Assembly: GCA_964648105.1 (NCBI GenBank)
Contig: CAZYMH010000001.1
Span: 79,999-143,998, forward strand
Direction: 5' to 3'
Source of the DNA: an uncultured Candidatus Saccharibacteria bacterium
GTDB lineage: Bacteria > Patescibacteriota > Saccharimonadia > Saccharimonadales > 2-12-FULL-41-12
Length of the DNA: 64,000 nt
Positions 8,937 through 18,533 of the stretch are shown here, one piece after another. Within the stretch, counting starts at the first letter, position 1. Each line of letters begins with the position of its first letter. Below the pieces are notes generated by a model. It worked only from the letters and a program-made list of their open reading frames with translations. It was not told the DNA's origin and did not search any database. A program made the translations under genes and the position numbers.

Positions 8937-10310
8937 TTACCACCAATGATGTGAAATCCAAAAACTATAAGCACCTTGCCAACCACCATAAGTTCGCTTG
9001 GCATACGAGTTGCACCAGCTTAGTTGAGTAACTGGATTAGTCAAATAATCTCCGCCAGCGGAAGCCATTTTACTAGCAGGTAAAGCCTGGCAAAGTCCAT
9101 AGGCTCCACTGCTGGCATTGCCTGCTCCTGGTCGCCAACCTGATTCGCGACCGACTATATAATCAACCGCTGTGTAGTCACCAGGTGAAATCCCCGCAGC
9201 AGCCATAATACTTGCTTTGTCAGATGAGACATTGACATTCGATGGAACGGTTGGGGCTTTTTTACCGCGAGCAATAACTTTATTGACTGGTTGAGCCAAA
9301 ACAACTTCGTGCAAAATTTTCTTTTGTCCATCTGGCAAAACTTCATAAATTATTGCCCTAATACCATCACTGCCTTCATTTTTCGTGGTAGTTTTACCCA
9401 AATCCGTATTTGGGTCATCGACAGTATCGATTCCTCTTTTGATTAATTCCTGCGAAGAAGCTAGTTGTTTACCTGGTTCGGTTACAAAAACGATTTGGTT
9501 AGTTTGGATTTTGGTTGACGGGTCTGGCAAGATGGACATATTACTAAATGAAATATTACGCTCCTTAGCCAAGTCGGCCACTGTGTCGGCTCTTGTGCGA
9601 ATATCATATGTGGTGCCATAAAGATTTAGTTTAACAGGTAGCGAACGATCAAGCTTAATTTGCGTCCCTAAAATACCGTCTTTGATTGATTCATTTGGAC
9701 TAATAACGTCCAGCTTATCCTCTGGGTAAACCGTGTAGCCAGCTTTTTTGGCGATAACTACTGGCAATGTATCGGCTGTTTTTAGGACTGTTTTTTTGCC
9801 TGTATCATCGATCAAGGTCGTCAATTTTGCTTTGTAGACATTTATACTGAATTTCTCGCTGACAATCTGAGTATCAAGACTTGGCTCGACTAAATCACCG
9901 TCATTAATTTTTACATCTGTGCGGTCTAGAAACTCTTTTACTGTCGTTGCTCGGGTTGGCACAAACTGACTTTTGCCGTCGATAGAATATTGAATAATCC
10001 GCGAATCGGTTGGCTTAACCGATTGACCACCAAAGGCCAAAAAACCAACAATCGACGCCAAAAACAAAAAAATAATTGTTACTAACGGCACTACAAAAGG
10101 ATGCCGATCATTAAACGACTTTTTTATGTTACTTATTTTGACTGGTGGCAAATTTTTTAGGACTGGTCGAAGTTTATTGTTTGTCGATATTACACTAGTC
10201 GGCCTAATCACCAAACCTCTCTTCGGTTTTTTGGTAGAAATAATATCGAGCGTTTTGCCCGAAACTATAGAAGACACGGATTTAGAGTTTTTTGCAGATT
10301 TTTTGGCCAA
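8937..10310 (-). CDS. secreted cell-wall hydrolase, YabE/RpfB-like (DUF348 repeats, G5, lysozyme-like Apf-type C-terminal domain)
   Basis: TTG start preceded by GAGGTAAGG. An N-terminal TM anchor is followed by repeated beta-rich modules. The C-terminus reads GRESGW...SSGAYGLCQ...YGGWQGAYSFWISHHWW. Position next to rsmA matches the Firmicute yabE-ksgA synteny. Confidence 0.7.
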   Translation of the reverse strand: MAKKSAKNSKSVSSIVSGKTLDIISTKKPKRGLVIRPTSVISTNNKLRPVLKNLPPVKISNIKKSFNDRHPFVVPLVTIIFLFLASIVGFLAFGGQSVKPTDSRIIQYSIDGKSQFVPTRATTVKEFLDRTDVKINDGDLVEPSLDTQIVSEKFSINVYKAKLTTLIDDTGKKTVLKTADTLPVVIAKKAGYTVYPEDKLDVISPNESIKDGILGTQIKLDRSLPVKLNLYGTTYDIRTRADTVADLAKERNISFSNMSILPDPSTKIQTNQIVFVTEPGKQLASSQELIKRGIDTVDDPNTDLGKTTTKNEGSDGIRAIIYEVLPDGQKKILHEVVLAQPVNKVIARGKKAPTVPSNVNVSSDKASIMAAAGISPGDYTAVDYIVGRESGWRPGAGNASSGAYGLCQALPASKMASAGGDYLTNPVTQLSWCNSYAKRTYGGWQGAYSFWISHHWW

Positions 10311-10384
10311 ACCTTACCTCAATAATTTAGTTAATACGTTCGTACATTGTAGCATTTTACAGATTAGATGTATAGGCCAGTTGC

Positions 10385-12511
10385 TTAAATTTTACTAATC
10401 GGAGCAATTGATAAACTAAGCTTTTTTAGTCCAATTTTTGGAAAATAAATGGCTGCTAAATCACCATTAACTTCCATTACCGTTCCTTCACCAAAAGTTT
10501 GATGCTTTATTCTGTCGCCCTCAAAAAATTCTTCAATATATTTTACTTCGGATGAACTTTGGTAAGTAGCGTAATCTTGATTGAAATAATTATTCAAAGG
10601 TTGAGTCTCACCATCAATTTCAGATATAAACCTTGAAGGTGGATTGTGTTGCATACCACCATAAAGCAGTCTAGACGAACAATGTAACATGTGTAGTTCC
10701 TCTTTGGCTCGGGTCATGCCTACATAACACAGTCGTCGTTCTTCTTCCATTTCATGTTGGTCATACAAGGCCCTTGAATGCGGGAAAATCGACTCTTCCA
10801 TACCAACCATAAAAACTATTGGGAATTCCAAACCTTTGGCCGAGTGGACAGTCATCAGCGTGATTGCTTGTCCATTATTATGGCTAGCATCGGCTCCAGC
10901 AATCAAAGCAACCTCTTCCAGAAATCCATCTAACCCGCTTTCACGGTATTCTTGGGCCACACTTAGTAATTCTTTTACGTTTTCTTTGCGAGCTTCGCCT
11001 TGAGGAGTTTTATCGTCTAAATAGTCGTAATAATCTAGTCTTTTTATTAGTGAATTGATTAATTCTTCAGGCTGTAGATTGTCTAAATTTTGTCGAAAAT
11101 CAAATATTATACTAGCTAGTTCACTTAAACCTTTTCTAGCACGAGGCGTTAAATCATTGATTTCATCAATTCGAGTTAGAGCCTCAGACAAAAAAACCGA
11201 ATTAGTGTCTTGCCAACTAAAAAATGTTTGCATACTTTTGCTACCTAATCCGCGAGTCGGAACATTGGCAATTCTCTCAAAACTTATTCGGTCATCGGGC
11301 TGATAAATCAACCTGACATAGGCCAAAATATCTTTAATTTCTTTGCGATCATAAAACCGCACGCCACCGACAATTCGATAAGCAAGCCCATATCGAATAA
11401 AAACTTCTTCTAAGCTTCGGCTTTGAGCATTTGTTCGGTACAAAACTGCAAAGTCATTTAATTGTCGGCTACCCGAATCAACTTGATACTTTACACGTTT
11501 AACAATCGTTTCGCCTTCGGCTCGATCGTTCAATAATGGATAAATTTGGACAGCCATGCCATCATTTTTGGTTGTCCATAATTTTTTGTCTGAACGATTT
11601 TGATTTTTGGCGATTACTTTGTGAGCAGCGTCCAAAATTGGTTTTGTGCTTCGATAATTTTGTTCGAGCTTGATGACAGTTACATTTTTATAATCAGTCT
11701 CGAACCGCAAAATATTACGGAAATCTGCTCCACGCCAACCGTAGATTGATTGCCAATCATCACCGATCGCGGCAATATTTTGGCGTTCACCTAAAAGTAA
11801 TTTCAATAAATTGTACTGAGCAGCATTGGTGTCTTGGTACTCATCAATCATAATGTATTTAAATTGGCTTTGATATTTGCCCCGAACTTCTGCTGAGCTT
11901 TTTAATAATTCGACAGTTTGCCAAATTAAATCATCAAAATCCAATGCCCCAGTTTCTCTTAATAATTTTTGATAAGCAGCATAAATCTCTGCAACAATTT
12001 CAGCCATAGGGCCTCTAGCGGTCGCAAGATATTCACTTGGGCCAATCAACTCGTTTTTTGCACTACTAATCATGCTGGCGATTTGTCGGGCAGGAAACTG
12101 CTTTTCGTCAATGTGCTTAGCTTTAGCAATTTGCTTGACAGCAGCTAGCCTATCAGCCTCATCAAAAATTACAAAATTACTTGGTATACCAATGTTGCTA
12201 CCATCCCGCCGAAGTATCCGAACACATATGCTATGAAATGTCCCCATAAATGGCATGAACGATAAATTTTGATCGTATCCCAACAAACTTGCTAGTCGCT
12301 GACGCATTTCTTTGGCGGCTTTGTTAGTGAAAGTTACTGCCAAAATTTGTCCAGGAAAAGCTAAATTAGTCATCAGTATATACGCTATCCGATGAGTCAA
12401 AGTTTTAGTTTTGCCACTACCAGCCCCAGCCTGAATCAGCAAAGGACCTTCGGTAGTTTTGACCGCCTTAATTTGGTCAGGATTTAAACCATCAAAAATA
12501 ATATCAACCAC
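10385..12511 (-). CDS. pcrA: ATP-dependent DNA helicase PcrA/UvrD
   Basis: GTG start. SF1 motifs AGAGSGKTKTLT, MIDEYQDTN, GDDWQSIYGWRGA, YRS, TVHSAKGLEF, YVGMTRA. 708 aa. Confidence 0.93.
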   Translation of the reverse strand: MVDIIFDGLNPDQIKAVKTTEGPLLIQAGAGSGKTKTLTHRIAYILMTNLAFPGQILAVTFTNKAAKEMRQRLASLLGYDQNLSFMPFMGTFHSICVRILRRDGSNIGIPSNFVIFDEADRLAAVKQIAKAKHIDEKQFPARQIASMISSAKNELIGPSEYLATARGPMAEIVAEIYAAYQKLLRETGALDFDDLIWQTVELLKSSAEVRGKYQSQFKYIMIDEYQDTNAAQYNLLKLLLGERQNIAAIGDDWQSIYGWRGADFRNILRFETDYKNVTVIKLEQNYRSTKPILDAAHKVIAKNQNRSDKKLWTTKNDGMAVQIYPLLNDRAEGETIVKRVKYQVDSGSRQLNDFAVLYRTNAQSRSLEEVFIRYGLAYRIVGGVRFYDRKEIKDILAYVRLIYQPDDRISFERIANVPTRGLGSKSMQTFFSWQDTNSVFLSEALTRIDEINDLTPRARKGLSELASIIFDFRQNLDNLQPEELINSLIKRLDYYDYLDDKTPQGEARKENVKELLSVAQEYRESGLDGFLEEVALIAGADASHNNGQAITLMTVHSAKGLEFPIVFMVGMEESIFPHSRALYDQHEMEEERRLCYVGMTRAKEELHMLHCSSRLLYGGMQHNPPSRFISEIDGETQPLNNYFNQDYATYQSSSEVKYIEEFFEGDRIKHQTFGEGTVMEVNGDLAAIYFPKIGLKKLSLSIAPISKI

Positions 12512-12531
12512 TATAATCTATTTTAACAAAA

Positions 12532-13860
12532 CTATTTCTCTTTTAATGAAGTAGTTAGTATTTTTTTGAGTTCAGCTAAATTTTTGCCCTGTTTATAATT
12601 TTCTAATTTCATTGATACACCATTTTCTTGTGCAAGAGCAATATCTCTTTGAGCAGTACCGTTTTTGAGTAAATATGCATCGCTATAGACATACTCAGCG
12701 TAAATTACATATGTGTTTTTCTTTGTAGACAGTTGGATTTTGTCGTTTGAATTAAACAGAGTTCCAGATTTTTGGCAAACATCACTAGCTAACGCTGTTC
12801 GGGTAACATAAGGGTCAGGTTGAGCAAAACTGAGATAAATAAATTGCAAAGGAGTGTTAGTGATAATAATATCTTCGCTGGAGCAGTTTTTCATATTTAT
12901 TAGCTCGTTCTTGTATTTTTTGGTATCGGTAGTATTCTCCTGATAAATTTTTGCTCTCAAAAATACTTCTGCATCTACAGGCGACGGACTAGTAGCAGTC
13001 GATACATTTAGGTTTTCGACTGGACTAATTAATGTAATCAGATTTTTTTCAGGAAATTTAGTGTCTGGGGCAGAAGTAACTTTCCAGGTGTCTAAATAGC
13101 TAAAATTAAGATTAGATTTGGTTTCGTTAAAATCTTTATATATTGGTTGTTTTGGAGTTGGGTTTGCTTGGGTATTAGATGCGGCAACTGGAGCGGTGGC
13201 TTGAGGAGTCGGAGTAGTGGTTTTTTTCGGCAAATTAATCATGCCCTTGCCTGGCCCAACCAAAAAATACCACAATGCAGCCGCCAAAATTAAGATACCA
13301 ACCAAAAAAACTAACCATCTAAAATTCGAGACACTATCGGGCGACTTAGTTTTGACATAATATTTTTTAGAATTTATCATTTTCTGAATTTGCTCACTGG
13401 CCTGCATTTCGGCCATTTCTTTATCTTGGCGGTCTTTACTGAGCGTGACATTGCCAGCAATTTCGTCAATTACAGCTGAACTTTCAGTGTCGGCTTCGTT
13501 TGTATCATTATCACTAGACTGTTCAGCGTTTTCAGCAGGAGCAACTTCTTCTTCGACTTCAGTTTCGGCTTGCTTGCTCGGTTCCTCAGCCACTTCATTA
13601 GTAGCTGCCTGAGGTTGTTCTTCGGCTTTTGGTGCCTCAACTTCAGGTTCTTGGCTAACTGATGTCTCAGGAGCCTCGGTTTGGATTTCAATTTTATCGG
13701 AATCGGAATTTGATAATATCGGATCAGCATTTATGGTGTTTGTATGGCCAACTATTACAGGTTTTGAGGTAGCCGAAGGCACAGGTTTACCAGGGGTCGT
13801 GATATCCATTACACGCGTACCTTTTTTGATTACTTTAGGGGTTGGTTTTTCTTCAGCCAT
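12532..13860 (-). CDS. hypothetical membrane-anchored protein with acidic N-terminal region
   Basis: 442 aa: an E/A/P-rich acidic stretch, one TM segment (WLVFLVGILILAAALWYFLV), then an extracytoplasmic domain. The start overlaps the tpiA stop by 8 nt. Confidence 0.6.
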   Translation of the reverse strand: MAEEKPTPKVIKKGTRVMDITTPGKPVPSATSKPVIVGHTNTINADPILSNSDSDKIEIQTEAPETSVSQEPEVEAPKAEEQPQAATNEVAEEPSKQAETEVEEEVAPAENAEQSSDNDTNEADTESSAVIDEIAGNVTLSKDRQDKEMAEMQASEQIQKMINSKKYYVKTKSPDSVSNFRWLVFLVGILILAAALWYFLVGPGKGMINLPKKTTTPTPQATAPVAASNTQANPTPKQPIYKDFNETKSNLNFSYLDTWKVTSAPDTKFPEKNLITLISPVENLNVSTATSPSPVDAEVFLRAKIYQENTTDTKKYKNELINMKNCSSEDIIITNTPLQFIYLSFAQPDPYVTRTALASDVCQKSGTLFNSNDKIQLSTKKNTYVIYAEYVYSDAYLLKNGTAQRDIALAQENGVSMKLENYKQGKNLAELKKILTTSLKEK

Positions 13861-14650
13861 TACTTTTTTCCCGATTTAGTTTATAAGCTTGCTCAACAAT
13901 GCTACTAAACTTATGGGCATTCAGGCTTGCACTACCAACTAGCACCCCGTCACAGCCGTCAATCGCCAAAAAGCCACTGACATTATGATTATCTACACTA
14001 CCACCATATAACACCCTGACTGACCTAGCAACTCGTTCGCCAAAAAAATCATGAATTTGCCCACGAATATAGTTGATTATTTTGGCGATATCGTCGGGGT
14101 AAGCAATTTTACCACCCAAATTAGAGATCGCCCAAACTGGCTCATAAGCAATCACAACATCTTCAATTTCATCTGGTGTAAGATTACTTAGGGCTACCGA
14201 CATTTGATCATGAATTACCCGTTTGGTTTGTCCATCACTTTTTTCTGAGGCAGTTTCACCGACACAAATCACTGGAATAATCCGATTCCTTACAGCTGCC
14301 GCTACTTTGTCACGAACTAGCTCGTTTGTCTCGCCGAAATATATTCGTCGCTCGGAGTGTCCGATAATTCCATAGTCAACCAGACCTCTTAACATTGCAA
14401 AAGATGTTTCGCCAGTGAAGCCACCTTGGTCTTTGTGATAAGCGTTTTGGCTAGCTAAGCGGAACCGTCGCCGATCAACCTCAAGTGACAATGGCTGAAT
14501 TGATAAGTTATTCGGTGCCAAAACTACTTCGACATCATGATGACCTCTGATATTTTTGTGCAAATTGGCCGATAAATGACTAGCTTGGGCAACCGTTAGG
14601 TGCATTTTCCAGTTGCCGATGACTAAGTTTTTTCTGTTTAAAATATTCAT
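13853..14650 (-). CDS. tpiA: triosephosphate isomerase
   Basis: NWKMH, IIGHSERR, AYEPVWAI and YGGSV motifs. Confidence 0.95.
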   Translation of the reverse strand: MNILNRKNLVIGNWKMHLTVAQASHLSANLHKNIRGHHDVEVVLAPNNLSIQPLSLEVDRRRFRLASQNAYHKDQGGFTGETSFAMLRGLVDYGIIGHSERRIYFGETNELVRDKVAAAVRNRIIPVICVGETASEKSDGQTKRVIHDQMSVALSNLTPDEIEDVVIAYEPVWAISNLGGKIAYPDDIAKIINYIRGQIHDFFGERVARSVRVLYGGSVDNHNVSGFLAIDGCDGVLVGSASLNAHKFSSIVEQAYKLNREKSNG

Positions 14651-15945
14651 GATTTATCTACTAAAGCCTCCACGCCTGGTAATTTTTTGCCACTCATCAG
14701 ATCCATACTCGCTCCGCCACCAGTCGATACATGATCAAAACAATCAACTAATTTACGGTCTTCAATGTAGCCCACGGTATCGCCGCCGCCAACCACTGTT
14801 TTAGGCTTGTGACCAAACTGTCCCATCATGGCTTCAACAATTAGCTCTGTCCCATGCGAAAATGGCCCTACGGCGTGACGCAAACCTTCTACTTCAGTTA
14901 CACCCATTGCTCCATTCCAAACCACGGTGTTAGCAAGCTGCATACTGCCAGCAATAAATGCCCCTGAAAATGGACCAATATCGAGTATCATTTCGTCTTC
15001 TGCGACCTCACTGTCCAACTTTGTAGGTAATTTGGGATAATTCTCAATTTCGGCGATTGAATGAGTACCCCAGTCGACTATTCGAGTTTTGACACCCTCT
15101 TTCATCTCTTTGGTTACCACGCCATCTTGCGGAACATAAAATACAAACCGACTATTTTTGGCCTTGTCTCGAGCTTTATCAATAATTTCTCTGGCCAAAG
15201 GAACATCGTCGTGATCAACTAAGCTTTTGCCGATTTTGTGACCACTGGCTAACAAAAACGTATTGGCCATCGCTCCTCCCACAACCACAATATCTGCCAT
15301 ATCAATAAATCTTCTCAGCAAGTCTATTTTGTCGCTAATTTTGGCACCACCGACAATTGCCATCAAGGGCTTGTCAGGGTTGTCCATTACTTGGGTAATA
15401 GATGACACTTCATTTTCAACTAGCAAGCCTGCTACTGAATGAATATGACGAGTGATTGCTTCAGTCGAAGCATGTCCGCGGTGGACTACTCCGAAGCCAT
15501 CCTGGACAAAATAATCACAGCCTTCGGCTAATCTTTTAGCAAAATCATCATTATTTTCTTCTTCTTGTTTATAAAAACGGAGGTTTTCAAGCAACAAGAT
15601 TTGGCCCTCATGCAAATTGTCGATTTTTTGTTTGGCAGAATCACTAATACAATCTGTATCAAACTGCACATCACTATGTAGCATCTCGCCCAAACGCTTG
15701 GCACAAACTGCTAAGGAGCAGCTTTTATCTTCTGGCCCGCTTGGTCGACCTAAGTGCGAAATTAAAACAATTTTACAGTTTTTACTACGTAAATATTCAA
15801 TCGTCGGCAAAGACTTTTTGATTCGATAATCATCTGTTATTACACCATTTTTTAATGGCACATTATAGTCGACCCGTACCAAAACTGTTTTGTTATCCAA
15901 ATTTACATCTTTGATTGTTTGTTTATTAAACACCTGTTGATCCAC
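14647..15945 (-). CDS. pgk: phosphoglycerate kinase
   Basis: GTG start. RVDYNVP, SHLGRP, VGGAKISDKI and STGGGAS motifs. 4-nt overlap with tpiA. Confidence 0.95.
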   Translation of the reverse strand: MDQQVFNKQTIKDVNLDNKTVLVRVDYNVPLKNGVITDDYRIKKSLPTIEYLRSKNCKIVLISHLGRPSGPEDKSCSLAVCAKRLGEMLHSDVQFDTDCISDSAKQKIDNLHEGQILLLENLRFYKQEEENNDDFAKRLAEGCDYFVQDGFGVVHRGHASTEAITRHIHSVAGLLVENEVSSITQVMDNPDKPLMAIVGGAKISDKIDLLRRFIDMADIVVVGGAMANTFLLASGHKIGKSLVDHDDVPLAREIIDKARDKAKNSRFVFYVPQDGVVTKEMKEGVKTRIVDWGTHSIAEIENYPKLPTKLDSEVAEDEMILDIGPFSGAFIAGSMQLANTVVWNGAMGVTEVEGLRHAVGPFSHGTELIVEAMMGQFGHKPKTVVGGGDTVGYIEDRKLVDCFDHVSTGGGASMDLMSGKKLPGVEALVDKS

Positions 15946-15996
15946 CTTTTATAACCAAATTTTAGCATAAGCAACACATTTTAAGCAAAATATATG

Positions 15997-17424
15997 CTAT
16001 ATGACACGAACTTTGATTGTATCTGTAGAGCCAACCACACCTGGATATTGACCAGAGGCAGTTACAATCGTATCGCCTTTGTTTAAAACTTTGTTCTTTT
16101 GCAGCCAGTTAGATAATTTGGTAGCCTGAAACTTTTCGTCTGGTCGCACATAAGATTTGATTCCATAAACGAGAGCAAGTTGTTGAGCAGTTTGCTTCGA
16201 TGAAGTCACCGCCAAGATCGGCATATCAGGCCGAGCAGCCGCTATATACAATGCAGTTGCCCCAGACCTAGTTTCGGCGACAATAGCAATTGCTTTCATT
16301 TGTTTAGCTAGTTCAATAACAGCTAGTGAAATTGCCCGAGATTTAGAATCTTTGATTTCCATATTGGTTACTGACAATGGATGGAGAGCATGGCTTTGAG
16401 TATAGTTGATTACTCGTTTCATAACAGCTACCGATTCAATCGGATATTGGCCATTGGCTGTTTCGTCGCTTAGCATAATTGCATCGGCACCCAAAAGTAC
16501 GGCTGTTGCCACATCTGAAACTTCAGCTCGCGTTGGCTCAGGTGATTCAGTCATGGTGGCTAACATTTGGGTAGCTACAATTGTTGGTTTAGCGTATTTC
16601 ATACCCAGCTCGATAATCTGCCGTTGCACAATTGGCACCGATTCTGGCGATACTTCTGTTGCCATATCACCTCTAGCCACCATTACACCATCAGATACTT
16701 TAATAATTTCTTCTAAATTCTCGATAGCTTTTTTGGTCTCTATTTTGGCCACAATTTTGGCACTCGATCCCAAATTAGTTAGTAAGCGTCGAAGTTTTTT
16801 GATATCATCAGGGGTTTGAACAAAACTTAAAGCCACATAATCAATGTCTTTATCTGACCCATAGGCGATGTCCTTTTTATCTTTAGCCGTAATAATATCT
16901 CCGCCAAAATCAGTGTCAGGCACATTAATCCCTTTTCGTTTGATCAATATTCCGGCATTCTCGGCTTTTACATGGACCAAGCCATTTGCTACCGATGTAA
17001 CGGTAGTTTTTATCTTGCCATCAAATAGCGACATTTGCTCGCCACGCTTAACTTTTTTACTCAAATCGTACTGAGTAGGAATATAACCTGTTTTTTCATA
17101 ATCCGTTTTGTAGCCAAAAGTTAAACTTTGACCTTTTGATACATTAATTATTCCCTCAAAATCACCCAAACGTATTTTTGGACCCTGCAAATCTTGCAGA
17201 ATAGCCACAGGTTTGCCACATTCTTTTGATGCTTTGCGTATCTCAGGGATTTGTCTGTCGCGTTCCTCGTGCGACCCGTGACTAAAATTCAAACGAATGC
17301 CATTAGCACCGCTCTCAATCATCTTTTTTATGCCGTCGTAAGTATCAGTTGATGGACCCAAAGTTGCCAAAATTTTGGTTTTTTTGAACTGTCTGATCGG
17401 TAATTTTGGCAAAGTATTTGTCAC
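15997..17424 (-). CDS. pyk: pyruvate kinase
   Basis: GTG start preceded by AAGGAGA. KILATLGP, NFSHG, MVARGDM and ATQMLATM motifs. Confidence 0.95.
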   Translation of the reverse strand: MTNTLPKLPIRQFKKTKILATLGPSTDTYDGIKKMIESGANGIRLNFSHGSHEERDRQIPEIRKASKECGKPVAILQDLQGPKIRLGDFEGIINVSKGQSLTFGYKTDYEKTGYIPTQYDLSKKVKRGEQMSLFDGKIKTTVTSVANGLVHVKAENAGILIKRKGINVPDTDFGGDIITAKDKKDIAYGSDKDIDYVALSFVQTPDDIKKLRRLLTNLGSSAKIVAKIETKKAIENLEEIIKVSDGVMVARGDMATEVSPESVPIVQRQIIELGMKYAKPTIVATQMLATMTESPEPTRAEVSDVATAVLLGADAIMLSDETANGQYPIESVAVMKRVINYTQSHALHPLSVTNMEIKDSKSRAISLAVIELAKQMKAIAIVAETRSGATALYIAAARPDMPILAVTSSKQTAQQLALVYGIKSYVRPDEKFQATKLSNWLQKNKVLNKGDTIVTASGQYPGVVGSTDTIKVRVI

Positions 17425-17617
17425 GTTTTTCTCCTTATGCTTACATTTTACAACAATACAAAACTAAATAAATAATAAATCTGTAGAAGTTGTGATGTGT
17501 ATAATTTTTATTTAATAATCTGCAAAGCTTCGGCAATAAATGCCATTACAAAGTCTAAGTATACTCCCAAATCAAATAAACATGCAACTATAAAGATGAT
17601 AAAAATGCTCTCAGAAA

Positions 17618-17643
17618 ATGAAAAAAGTCCCAAAAATGGGACT
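17618..17643 (-). terminator. Rho-independent (bidirectional-looking) terminator
   Basis: AGTCCC-aaaaat-GGGACT hairpin followed on the minus strand by a T run. It lies downstream of the 17741-18400 gene. Confidence 0.5.
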
Positions 17644-17740
17644 CTTTTCATGGTGAAAGGAATCTCGATAGACTGGAATCAGTTGAAAAGTGAGCTTATT
17701 GCATTTGGTGAGCTTTATAAACGTGCTGTCACATCTGGGG

Positions 17741-18400
17741 CTAGCCCTTCATTAAATTGAGAACACCTAGGAAGAATATGCTGGCTAGGATATAGCCAAC
17801 TACGAACAGGAGGAGCCCAACGAGCCTAGCAGCCTTACTTAGTCTGTCATAAAGAGATTCTTTCTTCTTGGTTCTCTTAGTTGCATCCTGAGTGAGCTTA
17901 TACTGACGTTCGCCATCTTTTACAATCTTCACGAGTTCTTGGTCGGTGAAATTCTCTAATGTGTCCGCAGAAACGATATTTGGGTAGTTTTTATATAGCT
18001 CTATTTCAGCCTTTGTCTTTCGTTCTAATGCACCCAAGTAGTGAACATGGACACTGTGCGAAAGATATGTCGCCTCATACCATCTTGATAGCAGCAAGAG
18101 GATAATCGAAATTAACCACGAAGTTATGGCAACAACCACAAAATAGTAGTGTAGATGCGTTACGTCACGTGTGCTATTAAATAGGATTCCAACAAAAGTT
18201 AACAAGAGGGAGATTGAACCCGCTGACAGGAGTATAATCTTCTCGTCAATTGATTTCACCGTAGACCTATAAAGCTCACTGAAGGTGTTGTGATTCTTCA
18301 TTTCTTCTTGAACCTGTTTGCTAGCAGAATCGACTGTATCAGCCAGGTTTTTCATCATCAGTGGATCAGGTATTCTAGGACTCATATTAAAATTGTACAA
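17741..18400 (-). CDS. hypothetical 3-TM membrane protein downstream of the helicase gene
   Basis: Three hydrophobic helices (ILLSAGSISLLLTFVGILF, FVVVAITSWLISIILLLL, LVGLLLFVVGYILASIFFLGV). The track start 18400 is a TTG; the ATG at 18385 (MSPRIPD) is an alternative. Confidence 0.55.
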   Translation of the reverse strand: MYNFNMSPRIPDPLMMKNLADTVDSASKQVQEEMKNHNTFSELYRSTVKSIDEKIILLSAGSISLLLTFVGILFNSTRDVTHLHYYFVVVAITSWLISIILLLLSRWYEATYLSHSVHVHYLGALERKTKAEIELYKNYPNIVSADTLENFTDQELVKIVKDGERQYKLTQDATKRTKKKESLYDRLSKAARLVGLLLFVVGYILASIFFLGVLNLMKG

Positions 18401-18533
18401 CTGTCATGCATATTTAAACAGCTAACAGGGGTGATAGTGCTCAACACTTGCTGTGTCTCTACACGAGTGAAAGCATACCCCCACCTTCTCTTTGTATTAT
18501 TCATTCTCTGTACTCGATGCTCGTATAAAATTT

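Noticed and set aside
17703-17711. Possible attL direct repeat: ATTTGGTGA, matching the region around the tRNA-Glu 3' end (26844-26852)
   Set aside because: The match is only 9 nt and lies between a stop codon and its terminator. Serine recombinases do not need long direct repeats. It is too weak to define a boundary.
17497-17760. 87-aa plus-strand ORF in the pyk / membrane-protein intergenic region
   Set aside because: It contains the terminator hairpin of the convergent gene and overlaps that gene's 3' end. It has no motif and no SD.
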